Source: Candidatus Latescibacterota bacterium (GTDB taxonomy: Bacteria > Latescibacterota > UBA2968 > UBA8231). Taken from it: a DNA stretch of 64,000 bases. Positions 57,844-64,000 of the stretch are shown one piece after another. Each line of letters starts with the position of its first letter. Position 1 is the first letter of the stretch. A program made the translations under genes and the position numbers. The notes below the pieces were generated by a model. That model worked only from the letters and a program-made list of their open reading frames with translations. It was not told where the DNA came from and did not search any database. The stretch spans positions 608,001-672,000 of the forward strand of contig OZ244561.1 in the NCBI GenBank assembly GCA_965217585.1, in the 5' to 3' direction.

Positions 57844-58250
57844 TCCAGCTCCCGTTTGGTGGAGAAATTGACCCGCAGAGCCTCGGCTTTGCGCAGCTCC
57901 TCCATGACATCGGAAATCACCCCGAACTCGGAATCCTTATCACCTCGCAACGAGATGATCAACCGAGGATTGGCCGTCAGGTACTTATGCACCAACTTGC
58001 CCACTTCGGAAAGCGGTATGTTCCGGTCTTCAATATTGACGATTCCCTCGCTATTGACCCAAACCTGCAATACGTTGCGGCGGCTTTCGAGCTTCTCAAT
58101 TTTTTCGGCCTGTGGTAGCTCCACCGGCACGCCCCTATAGCGCACGAAAACCGTCGATACCATAAAAAACACGAGGAGCAAGAAGGATATATCAGCCATG
58201 GAAGCCGTGGGAATGACGCTGACCACTTTGGCTTTGCGTGCGAATTTCAT
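57840..58250 (-). CDS. exbD: ExbD/TolR
   Basis: SMADISFLLLVFFMV. Confidence 0.92.
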   Translation of the reverse strand: MKFARKAKVVSVIPTASMADISFLLLVFFMVSTVFVRYRGVPVELPQAEKIEKLESRRNVLQVWVNSEGIVNIEDRNIPLSEVGKLVHKYLTANPRLIISLRGDKDSEFGVISDVMEELRKAEALRVNFSTKRELE

Positions 58251-58253
58251 CGG

Positions 58254-58667
58254 CTATTCTTCCGGGTTGGCAATCGAGATTTTGGTAGAACCGGCCAGTT
58301 TGAGTTCATCTAATACATCGACGAAGGTCCGATAGGTGGCCCCGCGCTCGGTCTTAAGCGAGACGATCAGATTCTCGTTTTCCCGCAGACGCCCCTCAAT
58401 TCGCGCTTTGAGCTCGGCAAACGGCACCGGCGTTAGCTGGTCATTTTCAAAAAAGGCGACCTGATCGCGGGCGTTGATCCACACGTTGAGAATGTTCTTT
58501 TCTCGCACTTCCTTGGTCTCGCCCACCGGCGGCAAGTGCAACGAAAGGCCCTTGTCTTGGTTCATCGTGGTCGTGACGAGGAAGAACACGATCAACAAAA
58601 AGGCGATATCCGCCATCGAAGCCGTAGGGATTTCCGGGGGAACCCGGCTTTGGCGCCTCCCGATCAC
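58254..58667 (-). CDS. exbD: ExbD/TolR
   Basis: SMADIAFLLIVFFLV. Confidence 0.92.
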   Translation of the reverse strand: MIGRRQSRVPPEIPTASMADIAFLLIVFFLVTTTMNQDKGLSLHLPPVGETKEVREKNILNVWINARDQVAFFENDQLTPVPFAELKARIEGRLRENENLIVSLKTERGATYRTFVDVLDELKLAGSTKISIANPEE

Positions 58668-58669
58668 GC

Positions 58670-59287
58670 CTAGGCTCCTTGATGCTGACGCGCGGCCAGC
58701 AGGTCGATGAAGTTGGCCGTCTGCTCGGTCATGTCGGCGATGATCTTATCGATGCGATTGGCGCAAAAGTTGTAGCAAAACTGGATTAGGATGCCCACGA
58801 TCAGACCCGCAGCCGTGGTGATTAGGGCCTCAGAAATACCGCCCGCGACCATGGAAGGCTCGACGTCGCCGGCTTCCTTGATCGCCTGAAAGGCGTTGAT
58901 CATACCGCTGACCGTGCCCAAAAAGCCTATCATCGGTGCCAAGTTAGCCACTGTCGAGAGCCAGACCATGCCGCGCTCGAGAAAGGCCATCTCCACCGCG
59001 CCGGAATTGTCAATGGCTTTCTCGACGTGGTCGATGCCGCGCTCCAAGCGCAGGAGCCCAGCGTGGATAACTGAGGCAACCGGACCGCGCGTATTCGAGC
59101 AAAGCTCGGCCGCGGCGTCGGGGCCCCCGCTGTTGAGTGCCTCTTCGAGGTTCGTGAAGAAATTCGCAGCGTCAATCGACGACCGCGACAGATTGAACAG
59201 GCGTTCGGCGGCTACGGCAACGCCGATGATGAGCAGAATGAGCAAGGGATACATGGCCCACCCACCGTCTTGAAAAAGCTCTACCAT
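58670..59287 (-). CDS. exbB: MotA/TolQ/ExbB proton channel
   Basis: APMIGFLGTV.GM, GISEALITTAAGL. Confidence 0.93.
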   Translation of the reverse strand: MVELFQDGGWAMYPLLILLIIGVAVAAERLFNLSRSSIDAANFFTNLEEALNSGGPDAAAELCSNTRGPVASVIHAGLLRLERGIDHVEKAIDNSGAVEMAFLERGMVWLSTVANLAPMIGFLGTVSGMINAFQAIKEAGDVEPSMVAGGISEALITTAAGLIVGILIQFCYNFCANRIDKIIADMTEQTANFIDLLAARQHQGA

Positions 59288-59341
59288 TTTTTTTCCTCGC
59301 GATTATAACGTTAGTCCCGGTCCGACAGACCCGAGCGATGT

Positions 59342-60496
59342 TTAGTTTTGTTCCTCTTGTGCCTCTTCGCCACCGAAGAATTGTCGCTTGAGCTTTTCTT
59401 CTTCGGTCTCGGGCGGCCGGAGCTGCCAGATGCGCTGCTGGGCCACCTTCTCCCAAGCCGGATCGGCTTTGGCTTTCTCAAAGGCGGCGATGGCCCCTTC
59501 CTCGTCACCCTCCCTCACCAAATTGTCGCCCTTAAGCAGCAGCAGGTGTGCATCCTCCGAATCTCCCTTCAGCCCCCGCTCCAACCACGTTTTTGCAGAT
59601 GCGAACTCGCCGCGGCCTTGGTGCCACTCCACTAGTTTAGCTATGCTCTTCAGATCCTTGGGATCGGCCTCAACCATGCCCTTGAGGCCCTCAACGTGCA
59701 TGGAGTCGTTGCCCGCTTCAGAGGCGACTGATGCGATGCGGTTATAATAGGAATAGGCGTTCTGCGAATCCACCTTCGCTAGTTCCAACAGCGAGTCGTA
59801 GGCCCCTTTGACATCTCCGACCTCTAGCTGCAGCTCGACGATGCTCTCTAGTTGGTCGGCACCACCCGTCCCGCCCTTGACTTGGCGGTGGCGCCACGCA
59901 AGAGCCTGCTCCACCTGCCCCAGCTCCTGGTGCAACACCGCAAGTATTTCAAATAGCTCGGCATCCTTAGCCCCATCCTCGGCCAACTGTTCGTAGTGGG
60001 TGACAGCCCGCTCGTTGTGGCCCTCGCGGCGATAGAGGTCGGCCAGCTCGCGACGGTGCTTAGCTGCGTCCGGCTTTTTGAGCAGTGTGCGCTCCAAGCT
60101 CCAAGCAGCCGAATCGGGCAAGTCCATGGCTTTATATATCGAATAGAGAAGCAGGTTGGAATTCAGATGCAGCGAGTCGATGCTGACTGCTTGGCGCAGT
60201 GCGATGCGCGCCTGGGGCAGTGCGATGCGTGCGCCGGTGGAATCCTTTTTTTCGTAGTAGAGCTGCCCCAAGAAGAAGGCGGCCTTCAGGTCTTGGGGAC
60301 TATATTGCAGAAGAGTCGTGTAATAGCCTATAGCCCTGTCGTACTCTTTGTTTTTGCGGGCCGTCTTGGCGTAGTATTTGTACTTGTGGATTGAATCGGC
60401 TGTTGCAACTTCCTCCGCCTCGGCCTCGGCACCCAAAATTAAGGCGCAGATCGCTAGTCCTAGGGTACACATCAGATTACATTTCACGGTGAGCAA
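59342..60496 (-). CDS. tetratricopeptide repeat protein
   Basis: signal peptide, repeated TPR-like helices; start uncertain. Confidence 0.8.
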   Translation of the reverse strand: MLTVKCNLMCTLGLAICALILGAEAEAEEVATADSIHKYKYYAKTARKNKEYDRAIGYYTTLLQYSPQDLKAAFFLGQLYYEKKDSTGARIALPQARIALRQAVSIDSLHLNSNLLLYSIYKAMDLPDSAAWSLERTLLKKPDAAKHRRELADLYRREGHNERAVTHYEQLAEDGAKDAELFEILAVLHQELGQVEQALAWRHRQVKGGTGGADQLESIVELQLEVGDVKGAYDSLLELAKVDSQNAYSYYNRIASVASEAGNDSMHVEGLKGMVEADPKDLKSIAKLVEWHQGRGEFASAKTWLERGLKGDSEDAHLLLLKGDNLVREGDEEGAIAAFEKAKADPAWEKVAQQRIWQLRPPETEEEKLKRQFFGGEEAQEEQN

Positions 60497-60648
60497 TCCT
60501 CAATGTGGCTACGGTCTCCGAGCCGCGACAATTCGCGGGTTCATTATCATTGCTTAATGCAACCTTCGTAGAGCCGTCAAAATATGGATTTACCGTTTGG
60601 GATGCAACTTCAAAGGCCACATGGATATTGAATACAATAACCCCGCGA

Positions 60649-60700
60649 TTACATCTATATAGCAACTGCGTTACATTTATATAGCAACTGCGTTACATTT
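60649..60700. repeat. 22-bp tandem repeat (about 2.4 copies)
   Basis: ttacat(c/t)tatatagcaactgcg. Confidence 0.9.
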
Positions 60701-60725
60701 TCGCGGCTGGCCTCGCGTCCGCAGA

Positions 60726-60754
60726 TTGACAAGTATTTATTTTTAATGCACTTT
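60726..60754 (+). promoter_or_regulatory. putative promoter of accD
   Basis: TTGACA, 17 bp, CACTTT. Confidence 0.55.
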
Positions 60755-60853
60755 ATTCGTTTCTAGCAATATGGCGACGAGCGCGTTTATCCGAGCTACC
60801 GCCATGTTCACTTCGCCGGACTCGAGCGGCGGGCTAATCTGAGAGGAAAAGCC

Positions 60854-61708
60854 TTGAACTGGTTTGAAAAAATGAAAACGGGGATCAAGTCCTTAATAAA
60901 GCGCGAAATTCCCCAAGGCATCTGGATTAAGTGCAAAAAGTGTAGCCGCTCCAACTACGAGATGGCCCTGCGACGCAGTCACTGGATCTGCCCGGAGTGC
61001 GCCTTCCACTATCCCATCGGCCCGCAGCAATACATTGACCTCCTCGTCGACGAAGGTACTTTTGCCGAAATCGACCCGGACGTGATGCCCGTCGATCCGC
61101 TCAAGTTCAAAGGCTATAAGGACAAAATCAAGAAGGGGCGACGCGAAAGCGGCACCAAGGAATCAGTACACACTGGCGTCGGCCAGATCGACGGGCAGCC
61201 CATTGCTCTCGCGATCATGGACACGCGCTACCTAATGGGTACTTTGGGCGGCGCGACCGGCGAGAAGATCTGCCGCCTCATCGACCGTGCCATTGCCGAG
61301 CACCGTACCCTAATCGTCATCTGCCAGTCTGCTGGGGCCAGAATGCAGGAGAGTGCCTACTCCCTGATGCAGATGGCCCGGATCAGTGCCAAGCTCAACC
61401 AGCTCGCGCAAAACGGCTTGCTCTACATCGCCATTCTTACCGACCCGACCTACGGGGGAGTCACCGCCAGCTTCGCCATGCTCGGCGATATCGCCTTGGC
61501 CGAACCCGGGGCGCGCATTGGGTTTGCCGGCCCAGCCGTCATCCAGCAGTTCCTCGGCACGGACACCCCTTTTCCCGCGGGCTTTCAGAAAGCCGAAACC
61601 GTCCTTGAACACGGCTTTATCGACCGCATCGTCCCGCGCGACCGCATGGCGGCGGAATTGGCGCGCTTAATCGCACTTTTGGCCTCGAAGACTGCCGACC
61701 ACGCCTAG
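60854..61708 (+). CDS. accD: acetyl-CoA carboxylase carboxyltransferase beta subunit
   Basis: Zn finger, SAGARMQE, PTYGGVTASFA. Confidence 0.96.
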   Translation: MNWFEKMKTGIKSLIKREIPQGIWIKCKKCSRSNYEMALRRSHWICPECAFHYPIGPQQYIDLLVDEGTFAEIDPDVMPVDPLKFKGYKDKIKKGRRESGTKESVHTGVGQIDGQPIALAIMDTRYLMGTLGGATGEKICRLIDRAIAEHRTLIVICQSAGARMQESAYSLMQMARISAKLNQLAQNGLLYIAILTDPTYGGVTASFAMLGDIALAEPGARIGFAGPAVIQQFLGTDTPFPAGFQKAETVLEHGFIDRIVPRDRMAAELARLIALLASKTADHA

Positions 61709-63018
61709 AAGTTATGTCCTAGACTCAGCCAGATATCCATTTGCTCGTCGGCGACGCCCGTGCCCATGCGGACCACGAGATCGGCGTCCCAGACCATTCG
61801 CACCCCCGCGCCGCCGCTGATGTGCATACCCGACCACCCGATCTGATCTAAGTCGGGCCAGACCCGGCCCGAATCGAAAAAAACCATCCCCTGCCACTCT
61901 ATATACTGCCCGTAAAACCAGATGTCGTACAGTTGGTAGCGCAATTCGACATTGGACAAAAAGCGCACGTCATCTGTAAACCGCTGGGTGTCGAAACCAC
62001 GCAGCGAATCGCTGCCGCCCAACCCTTTGACCCGGCGGCTGCCCCCGATCTCGCCATAGGCGTAGAGAGGCACTGCGCCACTAAGCACCTCCAGCACGAG
62101 GCGATGGGAGAAGTTCACCCGAGGCGACAGCGGGATGTAGTAAGCATTGGTCAGGGTCACGCGGCTAAAATCAATAGGCTCAAAGAACAGCGCCAGAAGC
62201 GAGTTGCGCGCCGACTCGTACGACCACTCTTGAAAGAAGCCGCGCCGCGGCATCACTTCGTCGTCGCGGGTATCCCACTGAAGAGTCGCACTGATAAACC
62301 CCGAAAATCCATCTATCACTCCGTCTGGGGTGCCACGCTCTAAATAGAATGCCTGTGTCCCCCGCTGGTCCACATCGACGCGCTCCAGCCCAAAACCGAC
62401 CGACATGGATACCGGACCGTACAAACGGCGAAAAAGGCTCACCAAGATTCGCGGGTTTCTTGCTAAGATATAGTAGTAGTAGTTCTCATCCTTGAAATCA
62501 GTGCTATTCGGCTCGACGAAGTCCCGATTGAATGCGCTGTCGTTGCCCAACCCGTAGTAGCGCGTGCGCAGATTGCGCTCTCGGACCAACTCCAACCCCA
62601 AGCCGAAACCCGTCCCCGAAATCTGGGGTACCTTCAACCGCACGAGGTTTTTTAATTTGCCCTCAGAGGACTGCTGTACGTGCAGGGTCAGCTTATAGAG
62701 ATAGGGCTGGTGCCGATAGTCGGCCCAATGTACGCGCGCCCCCCAGTTCCAGCCCGTGTTGGGGCTGAGAAAAGCGAAAGGAAGGCCGGTGACGCCGTAG
62801 GGAATGCCCCACAGGGTAAACTGGCGTCGCTTTGCCATCCAGCGCACAGCCTCCACGGTTTGCTCGGTCGCCGACTGCGAGACTTTGGCCAGCAACGGGG
62901 ACGAAGGTTGGCTGTGGGTGGAATCGACGCGGACCTCGCCCTCGCCCCACGCGCCCTCTGCGAACAATAGGACGCCGATACAACTGCCGTTTGTGAGAAG
63001 ACGCTTAACCACGACCAC
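61705..63018 (-). CDS. BamA/TamA (Omp85) family outer membrane protein
   Basis: WDTRD, LRGF..RF, FFDSG, terminal Phe; start uncertain. Confidence 0.85.
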   Translation of the reverse strand: MVVVKRLLTNGSCIGVLLFAEGAWGEGEVRVDSTHSQPSSPLLAKVSQSATEQTVEAVRWMAKRRQFTLWGIPYGVTGLPFAFLSPNTGWNWGARVHWADYRHQPYLYKLTLHVQQSSEGKLKNLVRLKVPQISGTGFGLGLELVRERNLRTRYYGLGNDSAFNRDFVEPNSTDFKDENYYYYILARNPRILVSLFRRLYGPVSMSVGFGLERVDVDQRGTQAFYLERGTPDGVIDGFSGFISATLQWDTRDDEVMPRRGFFQEWSYESARNSLLALFFEPIDFSRVTLTNAYYIPLSPRVNFSHRLVLEVLSGAVPLYAYGEIGGSRRVKGLGGSDSLRGFDTQRFTDDVRFLSNVELRYQLYDIWFYGQYIEWQGMVFFDSGRVWPDLDQIGWSGMHISGGAGVRMVWDADLVVRMGTGVADEQMDIWLSLGHNF

Positions 63019-63904
63019 CTCGCTTCACCGTGCCTGCAGGCGTGAAAACGCCGCGCTCAAAGCGCCGTCGATCAACTGGGCTTATTGGGGCACCGAGCGA
63101 ATAGTGGAGTGGCGTAATCGCGATTGCACCGCGTTCCAAGGCTTCCACATCGCTGTTAGCTCCATCGCCGACTAACTGCAACTGGCAGCTATGGTAATCG
63201 AAGTGCGGCTCGGTCGCGCGTCGGGTGAATAGCGGACCATAGCTCGTCCTCGCCAAGCCCGTCAGGCACCTCGGGGATTCGCGCCTAGTACTAGCGGGCA
63301 TGTTTACCGCGACCATGTCGGCACCAGCGGGCAACCCCCCGCGCAAGATCTCGGCGGCGATGTCGGCGGAGACAGCCACCGCCGCCGAGACCAGCGCATC
63401 GAGCGCGGGATCGAGCCGCCGAGACCGCCGCCAGAGAGCAAAAGCCGGGGCGGGCAGCTCCAGCGAAAAAGCCGCGGACGGCACCCCGGCGAGAAAGCCC
63501 TCTACAGCCGCTCCTATCGTGCCGGAACTCAGCGTGAAAGCGAGGCCGGAGTTGACGCCCATATTGATGCCGGAAACGACTAGGGCCGGCTTTTCGGGAC
63601 AGATGTTGTGAATGCCGATATTGGCACAGTCGGCTGGCTTGCCGGTCAGCGTCTGGGCGGGAAAGCCGCCGCATTCGATCTCGGCCAGCACCAACGGCTC
63701 AAAGCGGCTCATACTCTTGCTGGTCCAACTGCATTCCGCAGCCGGCACGACTATGCACAGCTCGGCCAACTTGGATAACTCCCGTAGCAAAGGCACCAAA
63801 ATGGGCGAATCGGCCCCGTCGTCGTTTGTCACCAATACTTGGGGTTTTACAGCGGTCACAGTCGGTTTTCCCTTCGATATAGACGCACTCTGAGGTGGCG
63901 TCAT
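63005..63904 (-). CDS. surE: 5'/3'-nucleotidase SurE
   Basis: VTNDDG, G.PADC, SGINMG.N, SGTIGAA. Confidence 0.92.
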   Translation of the reverse strand: MTPPQSASISKGKPTVTAVKPQVLVTNDDGADSPILVPLLRELSKLAELCIVVPAAECSWTSKSMSRFEPLVLAEIECGGFPAQTLTGKPADCANIGIHNICPEKPALVVSGINMGVNSGLAFTLSSGTIGAAVEGFLAGVPSAAFSLELPAPAFALWRRSRRLDPALDALVSAAVAVSADIAAEILRGGLPAGADMVAVNMPASTRRESPRCLTGLARTSYGPLFTRRATEPHFDYHSCQLQLVGDGANSDVEALERGAIAITPLHYSLGAPISPVDRRRFERGVFTPAGTVKRGGRG

Positions 63905-64000
63905 AATAATAACAATCCGCCATTCGGCTCCCAACAATTTCCTTGCTTAGCTGCGGCCTGCGGTCCTATTATTTTGTTATGGATGACTCCATTCTCCTAC

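Overview
GC-rich bacterial chromosomal window. By inference it is from the FCB group, probably Latescibacterota/Poribacteria-like, given the DUF6785-type membrane protein, a C-terminal 'SWGAIK' motif protein and many Gfo/Idh/MocA and PhyH enzymes. Most of it is housekeeping: ddl, htpG, proA, thrC, nadD, bamD, thyA, xerC, topA, map, nrdJ/nrdR, tonB-exbBD, accD, surE and five tRNAs. The main feature is a ~10 kb lower-GC accessory block (2357-12352) between two convergent host genes, an SDR and a geranylgeranyl-reductase-like gene. It is an integron-type gene-cassette array with no integrase in the window. It has seven or eight attC-like sites, and several cassettes have ends with extended self-complementarity. 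A ~105 bp promoter-bearing leader occurs twice, and the modules are delimited by duplicated, allelic 3' ends of the two flanking host genes. The apparent ancestral empty junction survives in the middle of the block. A second ~9 kb block (33238-42255) carries two divergent paralogues of an uncharacterised 676-aa protein, a DUF6785-type transporter-like protein and a dipeptidase-fold protein with altered metal ligands. All calls come from reading the sequence and translated ORFs by eye; no searches were run.
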